Positions 28,739-39,149 of a stretch of 64,000 nucleotides of DNA are shown in pieces; within the stretch, counting starts at the first letter, position 1; every line of letters starts with the position of its first letter. Below the pieces are notes generated by a model. That model searched no databases, was not told the origin of the DNA, and saw only the letters and a list, made by a program, of their open reading frames with translations. The stretch is from the sequence record DRR723986_18836; one strand, given 5' to 3'. The translations under genes were made by a program, and so were the position numbers.

Positions 28739-30886
28739 TTAGTCCATCGATCGTACAACTAGTTTATCACTAACTATACCATATTCTACGTTAACGATAC
28801 CTTTATTGTCTTTATAACTGGCGCTACTTTCGGCCCCTTTGTCATTTTTTAGTGTGATTTTAATACTTGTTATTTCACCTGCTTTGTTTCGTTTTAGTTT
28901 AGAGTATTTAACTGTAATACCGAGTTTTTCAAGGTTTTCTTTGTTAACTTTTAATACTTTATCTGTGGTAGTTTTAGTTACAATACCAAAAGTTGCGTTT
29001 TCAGATTCATCATCACCATCATAAAAATAGGAGTAACCAGAAACATTAGTCTTTACTTTCCAAGGTCCATCTTCTTCTACTTTTTCTGTCCAAGTCCCTT
29101 TTAATTTTTCAAAATCTTTTAATTTAATAATGATTACACCATTTTTAGCTTCTTTACCGTAGGTGCCTGTAGCATCATCTCCTTTTAGGACCGTCATGCT
29201 ATCAATTTGATTTGGGTTTATACTATTTATAAGATCAGAACTCATTTTCTCTCCATTTACTATAATAAGTGGTTTGTCATTATCATTACTAAAGAATCTT
29301 ATGCTAGATGAATTTTTGGATTTTGGGAATAAACTCATATTCTTTCCAGATCTTATTACTTTAACATTGGTGTCATTTTCAAAGTAGTTATCAGTTTTAA
29401 TTTTAAATGATCTAGTAACTTTAGAGGTGTCTATCATATAGCCCACTATATGTGTTGTATCACTTTCTGGAATGAATCTGTAACCGGTAACTAAACGGAT
29501 AGTGTCATGTTTCTTATGAAAATCATTATCCTCATATTTTTGTCTAAAAATAAAAGTGTTTCCTAGCGTTCGTTTTACTTTATATGTGCCTGAGCTATCT
29601 TCTCTAACTTCAATAACTTCCTCTTCATCACCTTCTTTAAAAATAAAGACGTTTGGTTTGCTGTCTTCTTTAGAGTGATCTTTGTGTATCTCTTCTACTA
29701 TAATAACTTCATTTTTATGTTGTGGTCCAACACCAAAACTTCCATCGTCTTCTACTTTAAAATAAAATGGTTTTATACCTTCTTCTATGTTTGCATGATA
29801 ATTAGTTGAGCCATTTTCAGTTTTAAATACAACATTAATATCACTAATCAAACCCTTACTATTACGCTTTAATCGCTCTATAATCATTGTAACACCGTTG
29901 GATTTCAATTCTCTTTTAATATCTTCTAATTGTTGATCTGACATGGAGTTATTAAATACTATTTCAATATGCTTGGTATCAGTGGATTTATTCAATCTAG
30001 GTTCTTCCTTCATGTAATTTTCCGGAGGAACATATTTATGTTCTGTGTTCATACTCATCAATAGTCCAGCTAAAATTGGAAGCATTAATAAGTATCTCCA
30101 TTTTTTTTGATGTTTTGATCTCGATTTTTGTAACATAACTATTCGTTCTTTAATTAATGAATTATAAAAATTATTTGATAATGAAAATTGTTGATCGGCA
30201 ATACTGGTTTTAACCAGTAAATGCTGATATTCTTTAGTCTGAGTTGTTTTAAATTGTGTTTCGTAATCAGCAATAAACTCCAAATTTTGTTTTACATGTT
30301 TTTTATAGAACCATATTATTGGATTGAACCAAAAAACAGAACAAGCTAATTGTGTAAGCAGAATATCAATTGAGTGTAATTGATTGGCATGTATCTTCTC
30401 ATGAGTTAGTATTAATTGAAGTTCTTGGTCATTAAAAGTATTAGGATAGTACACAATCCATTTAAAGAAAGAAAAAGGGGAGATTTTATTCTTAACAATA
30501 ACATAGGTGTAAATACCATCTTTATTTTTAGGATTAGTAAGTAGTAACCATAACAAAGAGCCAAATTGAAATATAAATTGAATTAAAAATACTACAAGAC
30601 CAATACTATAAATATTGAAAAGCAAATTCATCCAATTAAAGGGTTCTGTTTGTTGTCCTTCAACAATTGGTGTGGTACTAGCGTAGGTGAGTAGTGGTTG
30701 TGATACCACTTGCGGTTCTATCGTTACATGAACAGGAATAACAACTAATGGGAAAATGGATGCTATAATTAATCCTGATAAAAGAAACCAACGGTTTTGA
30801 TTGAAGAACGTTTCTTTTCTTAAAAAGATGTAATAGCATATATAGAAAATAGCTAATACAATTGATGCTTTTATTAGATATTCCAT
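28739..30886 (-). CDS. BlaR1/M56-family metallopeptidase sensor with TonB-plug-like domain
   Basis: PFSFF, HEKIH, FWFNP, EFIAD, IKERIVML; plug-like PLIIVNG...TVLKG...YG..AKNGVIII. Confidence 0.9.
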   Translation of the reverse strand: MEYLIKASIVLAIFYICYYIFLRKETFFNQNRWFLLSGLIIASIFPLVVIPVHVTIEPQVVSQPLLTYASTTPIVEGQQTEPFNWMNLLFNIYSIGLVVFLIQFIFQFGSLLWLLLTNPKNKDGIYTYVIVKNKISPFSFFKWIVYYPNTFNDQELQLILTHEKIHANQLHSIDILLTQLACSVFWFNPIIWFYKKHVKQNLEFIADYETQFKTTQTKEYQHLLVKTSIADQQFSLSNNFYNSLIKERIVMLQKSRSKHQKKWRYLLMLPILAGLLMSMNTEHKYVPPENYMKEEPRLNKSTDTKHIEIVFNNSMSDQQLEDIKRELKSNGVTMIIERLKRNSKGLISDINVVFKTENGSTNYHANIEEGIKPFYFKVEDDGSFGVGPQHKNEVIIVEEIHKDHSKEDSKPNVFIFKEGDEEEVIEVREDSSGTYKVKRTLGNTFIFRQKYEDNDFHKKHDTIRLVTGYRFIPESDTTHIVGYMIDTSKVTRSFKIKTDNYFENDTNVKVIRSGKNMSLFPKSKNSSSIRFFSNDNDKPLIIVNGEKMSSDLINSINPNQIDSMTVLKGDDATGTYGKEAKNGVIIIKLKDFEKLKGTWTEKVEEDGPWKVKTNVSGYSYFYDGDDESENATFGIVTKTTTDKVLKVNKENLEKLGITVKYSKLKRNKAGEITSIKITLKNDKGAESSASYKDNKGIVNVEYGIVSDKLVVRSMD

Positions 30887-30888
30887 AA

Positions 30889-31210
30889 CTATTTATTTTT
30901 TTCTATTAATTGAATAATTTCTTTTAATTCAGCGACGCTAATCTTTTCCTCTTTAGCAAAAAATGAGACTACATTTTTTAAACCGTTTTTTATAATCTTC
31001 TTTTGAAACAATAGGGTAGTACTGATGTGTTTTTCCATAAGCATTATGAGAAACATAGCCTTTATCTTCAAGATTTCTAATAATGGTTGAAAGTGTATTG
31101 TAATGTGGTTTTTCAATTTCTATTTCTAATAATACATCCTTCACAAATGCCTTTTCTAGCTTCCATAAGATGTGCATTATTTATTCCTCTTTATTCGTTA
31201 GTTTTTGCAT
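30889..31210 (-). pseudogene. BlaI/MecI/CopY-family repressor, inactivated
   Basis: MQKLTNKEE*IMHILW (TAA at 31181-31183); frameshifting junction near 30980 joins KKRF to KNVVSFFAKEEKIS. Confidence 0.88.
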
Positions 31211-31244
31211 ATAACTAGTCTATGATTAATACTTTGAATCAAAA

Positions 31245-31284
31245 ATGACTATTTTTATAGTTATATAACTAAAAGAATAGTTAT
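31245..31284. promoter_or_regulatory. Tandem palindromic operators, probably for BlaI
   Basis: ATGACTATTTTTATAGTTAT and ATAACTAAAAGAATAGTTAT (ACTA-N6-TAGT) abut each other upstream of the repressor gene. Confidence 0.7.
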
Positions 31285-31375
31285 TTAACGAAAATTTTAG
31301 TTTTATGCTTCTGTTAATAGGAAATGTTATCTTCGCGACAAGTTAGATTTTAGACTTAATAATACGAATTAATAA

Positions 31376-32326
31376 ATGAGTGTATTTCTTGTTATTGCTG
31401 GGTTAGCGTTGTTGGTAGTTGGTGGTGATTTTTTGGTAAGAGCATCCGTTGGTCTGTCATTTAAATTAAAAATATCTAAGCTGGTTATTGGGATGACTGT
31501 AGTTTCTTTTGCAACATCAGCTCCAGAACTTTTGGTTAGTTTGCAAGCTGCTTTAGATGGAGTTTCGGATATATCACTTGGAAATGTAATAGGCTCCAAT
31601 ATTGCCAATATAGGTTTGGTTTTAGGGATTACAGCAATAATTACTCCTTTGGCAGTAGACCAAGATTTTTATAAGCTTAATTGGCCAATGATGATGCTTG
31701 CATCATTTATATTGTATTTTTTTCTAAAAAATGATGGAGTATTATCTGCTACAGAAGGCTTGATTCTATTTGTGTCATTATTAGTATTCTTATTTATCCT
31801 CATTAGAAGTTCGAGAAAATCGATAAAAGCAAATTTAGATGAAGTAGATGATGCGCTCGCTGAAGTATCTAACTTTAAAATTGTGATATGGTTGTTAATT
31901 GGTTCAGCCGGATTATATTTTGGGTCAGAATGGCTCGTAGAAGGTGCAAAGCAATTAGCAAAAGCAGTAGGTATAAGTGATTATGCAATTTCGGTGACTG
32001 TGATAGCGATAGGTACTAGCGTGCCCGAATTAGCAGCTTCTGTAATAGCTGCATTGAAAAGAGAAAAAGCTATTTCACTGGGTAATTTAATTGGGTCTAA
32101 TATTTTTAATATTGCTTCAGTGTTAGGTTTAACAGCAATGGTTAAACCTATAGTTGTGAATCCTGATACACCAGAAATACTATCAACTAATATTTTCTGG
32201 ATGATTGCCTTTGCGGCAATTCTAGTACCATTAATGCTAATTCCAAAACGTTTTGAGATTGGACGATTAAAGGGTTTACTTCTTTTTGGGGCTTATCTTA
32301 TATTTATTTTTCTTGCACTTAAATAA
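31376..32326 (+). CDS. Calcium/sodium antiporter (YrbG-like)
   Basis: Duplicated TS.PEL...GN.IGSN alpha repeats. Confidence 0.93.
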   Translation: MSVFLVIAGLALLVVGGDFLVRASVGLSFKLKISKLVIGMTVVSFATSAPELLVSLQAALDGVSDISLGNVIGSNIANIGLVLGITAIITPLAVDQDFYKLNWPMMMLASFILYFFLKNDGVLSATEGLILFVSLLVFLFILIRSSRKSIKANLDEVDDALAEVSNFKIVIWLLIGSAGLYFGSEWLVEGAKQLAKAVGISDYAISVTVIAIGTSVPELAASVIAALKREKAISLGNLIGSNIFNIASVLGLTAMVKPIVVNPDTPEILSTNIFWMIAFAAILVPLMLIPKRFEIGRLKGLLLFGAYLIFIFLALK

Positions 32327-32327
32327 A

Positions 32328-32352
32328 AAAAGCCTGCTAGATGCAGGCTTTT
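32328..32352. terminator. Bidirectional terminator
   Basis: AAAAGCCTGC-tagat-GCAGGCTTTT. Confidence 0.8.
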
Positions 32353-32373
32353 ATATTTATTAAAATTTCAGGT

Positions 32374-33390
32374 TTAAATATTCGCGCTTTTTACAGTTTT
32401 GATAATTCTACCTGCAATTTTGTATGGATCACCATTTGATGCTGGTCGACGATCTTCTAACCATCCTTTCCATCCTTTTTCAACTGTAATAATAGGAATA
32501 CGAATTGATGCTCCTCTATCTGAAATACCATAGCTAAAATCATTTATTGAAGCTGTTTCGTGTAAACCAGTTAAACGTTGATCGTTAAATTCACCATAAA
32601 CTTCAATATGTTCTTTAACAACAGGTCTAAACGCTTCACAGATTTTTTCATAAACTTCCTGGCTACCACAAGTTCTTAATGTTGTATTTGAGAAATTGGC
32701 GTGCATACCAGAACCATTCCAATCCATATCTTTACCAAGAGGCTTTGGATGGTATTCTATATAGTAACCATATTGTTCTGTTAAACGATCTAATAGGTAT
32801 CTTGCAACCCATATTTCATCACCAGCTTTTTTAGCACCCTTTGCAAATAATTGAAATTCCCACTGACCTGAAGCAACCTCTTGGTTTATTCCTTCAAAGT
32901 TTAAACCAGCTGCAATACATAAATCTGCATGCTCTTCAACTAAATCTCTACCATGAGTGTTTTTTCCACCAACTGAACAATAATACATTCCTTGAGGAGC
33001 AGGATAACCACCTATTGGGAATCCTAAAGGTAATTGAGTCTGAGTGTCCATTATAAAATATTCTTGCTCAAAACCAAACCAGAAGTCATTATCTTCGTCT
33101 TCAATAGTAGCACGTCCGTTAGACTCATGTGGAGTCCCATCTGCATTTAAAACTTCCGTCATTACTAAATAACCATTTTTTCTAGCTGGATCAGGATAAA
33201 TTGCCACTGGCTTTAATAAACAATCAGAAGAATCTCCTGTTGCTTGTCTGGTTGATGAACCATCGAATGACCAAATAGGGCAGTCTTCTAATTTACCACT
33301 AAAGTTTTCTTCTACTTTAGTTTTACTTCTCATGTTTTGAGTAGGCTTGTAACCATCAAGCCAGATATACTCTAATTTCGATTTACTCAT
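32374..33390 (-). CDS. glnII: Glutamine synthetase type II
   Basis: LEYIWLDG, WSFDGSST, GQWEFQ, DWNGSGMH, DRRPASNGDPY; 338 aa. Confidence 0.92.
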   Translation of the reverse strand: MSKSKLEYIWLDGYKPTQNMRSKTKVEENFSGKLEDCPIWSFDGSSTRQATGDSSDCLLKPVAIYPDPARKNGYLVMTEVLNADGTPHESNGRATIEDEDNDFWFGFEQEYFIMDTQTQLPLGFPIGGYPAPQGMYYCSVGGKNTHGRDLVEEHADLCIAAGLNFEGINQEVASGQWEFQLFAKGAKKAGDEIWVARYLLDRLTEQYGYYIEYHPKPLGKDMDWNGSGMHANFSNTTLRTCGSQEVYEKICEAFRPVVKEHIEVYGEFNDQRLTGLHETASINDFSYGISDRGASIRIPIITVEKGWKGWLEDRRPASNGDPYKIAGRIIKTVKSANI

Positions 33391-33564
33391 TTTTTTTTAA
33401 TTAAGAAATTGACGTTGCAAATATTGTGTTTTTTTTTATTTGGTCAAAAAAAACAGGGTATTTTAGATGAAATGTTATTAATAATTGTTGATAACCCTAT
33501 TTTTTTAAGGGTAGGTATCATAAAAATTAAAATATTCGTATTTTTGACCTCAAATTTTATGAAT

Positions 33565-35751
33565 ATGTCAACATTAAGATTTAATGCCGTAAAAAAATCG
33601 TTAAAAAGAAAACCGTTAAAGGTTAAAGATCCTAAACGCAGATCAGAACTTTTTGGATTTAATGTCTTTAATGAATCTGCAATGAGGCAATATTTAACTA
33701 AAAATGCTTTAGTTTCTACTATAGAAGCAATTGAAAAAGGTAAGCGTATTGATCGATTAGTTGCGGATCACATATCAACCGGTATGAAAGAGTGGGCCAT
33801 TTCTAAGGGTGCGACGCATTATACGCATTGGTTTCAGCCACTAACTGGAGCTACAGCGGAAAAGCATGACGCATTTTTTGAGACTATTGGTGATGGATTA
33901 GCTATAGAAAAATTTGGAGGAGATCAATTAGTGCAGCAAGAACCAGATGCATCTAGTTTTCCGCATGGCGGAATAAGAAATACTTTTGAAGCCAGAGGTT
34001 ACACAGCTTGGGATCCTACTTCACCAGCATTTATATATGGTACAACACTTTGTATTCCTACAGTATTTGTTGCATACACAGGCGAAGCATTAGATTATAA
34101 AACTCCTCTGCTAAGAGCATTGCAGGCTGTAGATAATGCAGCTGTTGATGTTTGTAAATATTTTGATAAAAACGTTAAAAAGGTTAACGCTTCACTGGGT
34201 TGGGAGCAAGAATATTTTTTAATAGATAATGCCTTAGCCTCATCTAGACCAGATATTGTACTAACTGGCAGAACTTTATTAGGGCATTCACCAGCTAAAG
34301 GACAGCAATTAGATGATCATTATTTTGGGACCATTCCAAGCAGAGCTATGGCTTATATGCGTGATTTGGAAAATGAATGTATGCTATTAGGAATTCCTGT
34401 TAAAACAAGACATAATGAAGTAGCTCCTAACCAATTTGAGCTTGCTCCTATATATGAGGAAGCCAATTTAGCTGTGGACCACAATTCTTTATTAATGGAC
34501 GTTATGGAGAAAGTGGCACAACGTCATAAGTTTAAAGTATTAATGCACGAAAAACCCTTTGCAGGTGTTAATGGATCTGGTAAGCATAACAATTGGAGTT
34601 TAAGTACCGATACAGGTGTTAATTTATTGTCACCAGGCAAAACACCTATGAGTAATCTTCAGTTTTTAACCTTCTTTATAAATACAATTAAAGCAGTACA
34701 GACTTATGAAGAATTACTTCGAGCCGCTATTGCCTCAGCAAGTAATGATCATAGGTTAGGTGCAAATGAAGCGCCACCAGCTATTATTTCTGTCTTTATA
34801 GGTGCTCAATTAACCAAAGTTTTAGAGGAACTTGAAACGGTTACCAAAGGTAAATTATCTCCACAGGAAAAAACGGATTTAAAATTAAATGTCGTTGGAA
34901 AAATACCTGAAATCTTATTAGATAACACAGACAGGAATAGAACTTCTCCATTTGCTTTTACAGGTAACAAATTTGAGTTTAGAGCAGTTGGGTCTACCGC
35001 GAATTGTGCTAACCCTATGACGGTTTTAAATACTATTGTAGCTAAGCAGTTAATTGAATTTAAAAATGAGGTTGATGTATTAATTGACAAAAAGTCAATG
35101 AAAAAGGATGATGCTATTTTTAATGTCTTAAGAGAATATATAAAGACATCTAAAAATATACTTTTTGAAGGTAATGGATATAGTGATGCTTGGGAAAAAG
35201 AAGCCAAGAAAAGAGGCTTGAGTAATAACAAAACCACTCCAGAAGCTTTAAAGGTTAAGGTTTCAAAAAATGCAATTGAGCTTTTTGAAAACTTGGGTGT
35301 TATGAATGAGATAGAGTCTAAAGCGCGCTACGAAATTGAAATGGAAGAGTATATTCTTCATATTCAAATCGAAAGCCGTGTACTTGGTGATATTGCGCGT
35401 AACCATATAGTGCCAACAGCAGTACGCTATCAAAATATACTAATAGATAATGTTACTGGCTTAAAATCTATCTACGGTGATAAATTCAAAGGCTTAGCAA
35501 AAGAACAATTGAAGTTAATAGAAGAAATTTCTGGTCATATTGAGGCTATTAACTCTTTAGTGACAAAAATGACCGACCAGAGAAAGACACTTAATAAACT
35601 AACTGATATAGAGCAAAAGGCCAAAGGTTATTGTGATAAAGTTAAACCGCTGTTTGAAGATATTAGGTATCATTGCGATAAGCTCGAGTTAATGATTGAT
35701 GATGAGTTATGGCCTTTAACAAAATATAGAGAGCTTTTATTTACGACTTAG
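33565..35751 (+). CDS. Glutamine synthetase type III
   Basis: THYTHWFQPLTG, EPDASSFP, HEKPFAGVNGSGKH, DRNRTSPFAFTGNKFEFR; start reassigned to MSTLRF. Confidence 0.95.
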   Translation: MSTLRFNAVKKSLKRKPLKVKDPKRRSELFGFNVFNESAMRQYLTKNALVSTIEAIEKGKRIDRLVADHISTGMKEWAISKGATHYTHWFQPLTGATAEKHDAFFETIGDGLAIEKFGGDQLVQQEPDASSFPHGGIRNTFEARGYTAWDPTSPAFIYGTTLCIPTVFVAYTGEALDYKTPLLRALQAVDNAAVDVCKYFDKNVKKVNASLGWEQEYFLIDNALASSRPDIVLTGRTLLGHSPAKGQQLDDHYFGTIPSRAMAYMRDLENECMLLGIPVKTRHNEVAPNQFELAPIYEEANLAVDHNSLLMDVMEKVAQRHKFKVLMHEKPFAGVNGSGKHNNWSLSTDTGVNLLSPGKTPMSNLQFLTFFINTIKAVQTYEELLRAAIASASNDHRLGANEAPPAIISVFIGAQLTKVLEELETVTKGKLSPQEKTDLKLNVVGKIPEILLDNTDRNRTSPFAFTGNKFEFRAVGSTANCANPMTVLNTIVAKQLIEFKNEVDVLIDKKSMKKDDAIFNVLREYIKTSKNILFEGNGYSDAWEKEAKKRGLSNNKTTPEALKVKVSKNAIELFENLGVMNEIESKARYEIEMEEYILHIQIESRVLGDIARNHIVPTAVRYQNILIDNVTGLKSIYGDKFKGLAKEQLKLIEEISGHIEAINSLVTKMTDQRKTLNKLTDIEQKAKGYCDKVKPLFEDIRYHCDKLELMIDDELWPLTKYRELLFTT

Positions 35752-35972
35752 CTTTTAGATTATTAGAGAAAAGTAGTATTATTCAGCAAAGTATAGTGCT
35801 AATTTTAATACGTAGTATTACGTAGTTCCATAAACTGATTTATTAAAATTTGTGTCGTTTGTCGATGACATTGGTCAAATTGTCGAAAAGCCTGATTACA
35901 GTTGTTAAAATTATGTTTTTGCAATAAAGTTATTTAGTATGTTTGTAGTGCTATTAATCAATTATTGTAAAA

Positions 35973-36110
35973 ATGAAAAAGTTACTACTTAGTGTAGTTA
36001 TACTTGTTGGCGCAACATTAATTCTATCCATTGAAACCTCAGAAGAGGTGAAAAATGCGTCTAAAGAAGATGTTGTAACTATTCAGTCTAAGCTACAAGC
36101 CGAATCTTAA
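35973..36110 (+). CDS. 45-aa small protein with signal-peptide-like N-terminus
   Basis: MKKLLLSVVILVGATLILSIETSEEVKNASKEDVVTIQSKLQAES*; TATGTTTG promoter element upstream and a terminator downstream. Confidence 0.6.
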   Translation: MKKLLLSVVILVGATLILSIETSEEVKNASKEDVVTIQSKLQAES

Positions 36111-36155
36111 AGTTAGTTAACAAAACATAAGGCTAATTTTGCCTATATATAGAAA

Positions 36156-36188
36156 GATGAAATTGTTTATACAATTTCATTTTTTTTT
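36156..36188 (+). terminator. Intrinsic terminator
   Basis: GATGAAATTGT-ttat-ACAATTTCATT followed by a long T-run. Confidence 0.75.
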
Positions 36189-36290
36189 AGAGTGTTAATT
36201 GGAACTAACAATTTATAGATTCTGCATTATTTTTCTATATTGCGATGCCTCATAATCGTTAGTAATAAACTTAAATTATAAATAAGGGTT

Positions 36291-36956
36291 ATGTTTTTCC
36301 TAACAAAACGATTTATTATAACTGTCATTACAGTTATAACCAGTACCAGTTTAGTTCTTTCTCAAGACAGAGATTTTAAGAAAGAAGAGAAGTATTTTCA
36401 AAAGCTTTCATTTTATGATTTTAGAGGTAGTAATGCCATAGACGCTGCAATTGGTACGTCTGTTATAAATGGTGATTTTGAAGATCCTCAGTTTGAAATT
36501 TATTTTAGAATTGGGTATAAGCGATTTGTCAATGAACATTTCAGTGTTAATTTTTCATATAATAAATATAATTTAGGGTTTAAAGGGCTACCAAATCAAG
36601 GATTTATGTCTTTTGATTTTAATCTTGAATACCTATTTAATCCTTACAAACGATTTTCTCCGTTTATTGCGGCTGGTGCAGGATATAATGCTGCTAATTA
36701 TTTTGAGACTACATCAACTAAGGCGCAAGGTATGCTTGGTTTAGAGTATATTGTTTACGATGGCTTAGGAGTGAAGTTGTTCGCGGAGTATAATTATAAT
36801 TTTGATGACGAATTAGACGGTTTAATAAAAGGGGAGAGTAATGACACTTTTTTTAGAATTGGTCTTGGTGTTAATTTTTACTTTGGTGGCAACAAAAGGA
36901 GACAGAAACTTTTAAGTAATGTCAATACAGTAATTAATTCTAATTTAATTAAATAA
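36291..36956 (+). CDS. Outer-membrane beta-barrel protein
   Basis: Signal peptide, alternating beta strands, FSPFIAAGAG and GLGVNFYF motifs. Confidence 0.75.
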   Translation: MFFLTKRFIITVITVITSTSLVLSQDRDFKKEEKYFQKLSFYDFRGSNAIDAAIGTSVINGDFEDPQFEIYFRIGYKRFVNEHFSVNFSYNKYNLGFKGLPNQGFMSFDFNLEYLFNPYKRFSPFIAAGAGYNAANYFETTSTKAQGMLGLEYIVYDGLGVKLFAEYNYNFDDELDGLIKGESNDTFFRIGLGVNFYFGGNKRRQKLLSNVNTVINSNLIK

Positions 36957-36995
36957 TTAAATTCAATTCTTACTTTTGCATTACAAAATTCTCCA

Positions 36996-38174
36996 ATGAG
37001 CAATTCAGTAAGTAAAAGATATGCACAGCGTGGCGTTTCAGCTTCAAAAGAAGATGTACATAATGCCATAAAAAATATTGATAAAGGTTTGTTTCCAAAG
37101 GCCTTTTGTAAAATAGTTCCAGATTATTTAACAAATGATGACGACTACTGCTTAATAATGCATGCAGATGGTGCTGGTACAAAATCGTCTCTAGCATATA
37201 TGTACTGGAAAGAAACAGGTGACCTATCGGTATGGAAAGGTATTGCCCAAGATGCGCTAATAATGAATATTGATGATTTGTTATGTGTAGGTGCTACTGA
37301 CAAGATTATGCTCTCTTCAACAATTGGGAGAAATAAAAACCTAATACCTGGTGAGGTTATATCTGCCATTATTAATGGAACAGAAGAGCTTATTGAAGAT
37401 TTAAGGAAATTTAGTGTGACTATTCATTCAACTGGTGGAGAAACAGCTGATGTAGGTGATCTTGTTAGAACAATAATTGTAGATTCTACAGTTACAGCTA
37501 GAATGAAACGTGGCGATGTTATTGATAACGCTAATATCTCTGATGGTGATGTTATTGTTGGATTAGAATCTTTTGGACAGGCATCTTATGAAACTGAGTA
37601 TAATGGCGGAATGGGAAGTAATGGATTAACATCTGCAAGACACGATGTGTTCTCAAAATACTTGTCTGAAAAATATCCTGAGAGTTATGACGCTGCTGTG
37701 CCTAAAGAATTGGTATACTCAGGTAAAACTAAGTTAACTGATAATGTAGAAAATTCACCAATTGATGCTGGTAAATTAGTTTTATCTCCAACAAGAACTT
37801 ATGCTCCTATTATAAAAGCAATTTTAGATAAGTATAATCATGAGACTATACATGGTATGGTGCATTGCAGTGGAGGTGCACAGACAAAAATTCTTCATTT
37901 TGTAGAAAATCTCCATATTATAAAGGATAATATGTTCGCGATACCTCCTTTGTTTCAATTAATACAAGAGCAGTCTAATACCGATTGGAAAGAAATGTAT
38001 CAGGTGTTTAATTGCGGACATCGTATGGAATTATACGTAAAACCAGATGTTGCTGAAGATATCATATCCATTTCTAAATCTTTTAATGTTGACGCCAAAG
38101 TCATAGGTAGAGTAGAGTCTAGTGATAGTAAAAAGCTGACTATAAAAAGTGAGTATGGTACGTTTGAGTATTAA
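36996..38174 (+). CDS. purM: AIR synthase (Bacteroidota-type PurM)
   Basis: MHADGAGTKS, TGGETAD, GSNGLTSARH, VFNCGHR. Confidence 0.9.
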   Translation: MSNSVSKRYAQRGVSASKEDVHNAIKNIDKGLFPKAFCKIVPDYLTNDDDYCLIMHADGAGTKSSLAYMYWKETGDLSVWKGIAQDALIMNIDDLLCVGATDKIMLSSTIGRNKNLIPGEVISAIINGTEELIEDLRKFSVTIHSTGGETADVGDLVRTIIVDSTVTARMKRGDVIDNANISDGDVIVGLESFGQASYETEYNGGMGSNGLTSARHDVFSKYLSEKYPESYDAAVPKELVYSGKTKLTDNVENSPIDAGKLVLSPTRTYAPIIKAILDKYNHETIHGMVHCSGGAQTKILHFVENLHIIKDNMFAIPPLFQLIQEQSNTDWKEMYQVFNCGHRMELYVKPDVAEDIISISKSFNVDAKVIGRVESSDSKKLTIKSEYGTFEY

Positions 38175-38841
38175 TCTAAACTACCATCGCTTAAATACCT
38201 GTAATCTTCTAGCTCTTTAAGATTTTTAATTTCCTTCGTCGTGCCATTTTGCAACAAATAAATGGTGTCCGAACTTTCAATTATATGCCTGTACATGTGG
38301 TCTGAAATAATAATGACTTTGTGTTTTTTTCTTCTGTAATTAGTTGCTTAATCTGTTCAACTAATATGGGTGCCAGAAAAGAAAAGGGTTCATCTAACAA
38401 TACAATTTCACTTTTTGTTTTAAGTATTATATAAGTTTCTATCAAACGTCTTTCACCACCAGAAAGGTCATTTAATTTAGACCTTTTATATTTAGTAAAT
38501 GCTTCAAAACGCTCTGCAAATTCATCCCATTTTAAGTTGTAAAGATCAAAAGTCTTTGATAATTTCATACTGCTTGGAATAAAATTATACTGTGGTAAAA
38601 ATTTAACGCGATTAGTCTTTTATAGTGGTTTTAGAACTGGTTTTTGGTTGAGTCTAACCAATTTATATTTAGGCTTCAAATTACCAAATGCAATATTTAA
38701 AATACTGCTTTTGCCACAACCATTTCTTCCTAAAATTGCGGTTACTTTGCCAGTTTCAGCTTTAATATAAACACCACTTAAGATGCGTTTACTTTTAAAA
38801 TTTAACTCTACATTATCCAGTTCAAATATCAAATTCTTCAA
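38171..38841 (-). pseudogene. ABC transporter ATP-binding protein, inactivated
   Basis: Walker A GRNGCGKS, in-frame TAA at 38620-38622, LSGGERR/LLDEPF, frameshift in the 7-nt homopolymer at 38324-38330 before IISDHMY. Confidence 0.88.
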
Positions 38842-38843
38842 GT

Positions 38844-39131
38844 TTAATAGAATTGTTTTATAATGAAAATTGAGGTAACTGTAATTAAACTATCTATTGC
38901 AAACACAAAAGTGAACAACATACTAGGTGAAATACCAAGATTTTTATAAAACGTTAGTTTTTGTTTGTTAGATGTTTGTGTTATGAAATACCATGCAAAA
39001 ACAATGAGGAATAGCTTTGTGAGTAGTGCAGCAATATAATTTGGATTAATTGTACCAATAAAAATGTTTATAACAAGCGACCAAACGATAAAGAGTTTGT
39101 AAAAATTAAAAAGAACATAAAGTCGCTTCAT
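38844..39131 (-). CDS. Small membrane protein (putative ABC partner)
   Basis: Three to four transmembrane segments, FYKNLGIS motif; start set at MKRL. Confidence 0.7.
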   Translation of the reverse strand: MKRLYVLFNFYKLFIVWSLVINIFIGTINPNYIAALLTKLFLIVFAWYFITQTSNKQKLTFYKNLGISPSMLFTFVFAIDSLITVTSIFIIKQFY

Positions 39132-39149
39132 TAAAGAAAAGTACAAATT

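Noticed and set aside
33409..33564. Long N-terminal extensions on GSIII and similarly on the ORFs starting at 7861, 24737, 58253, 60467 and 61578
   Set aside because: They run through promoters or neighbouring genes; family-typical starts lie downstream.
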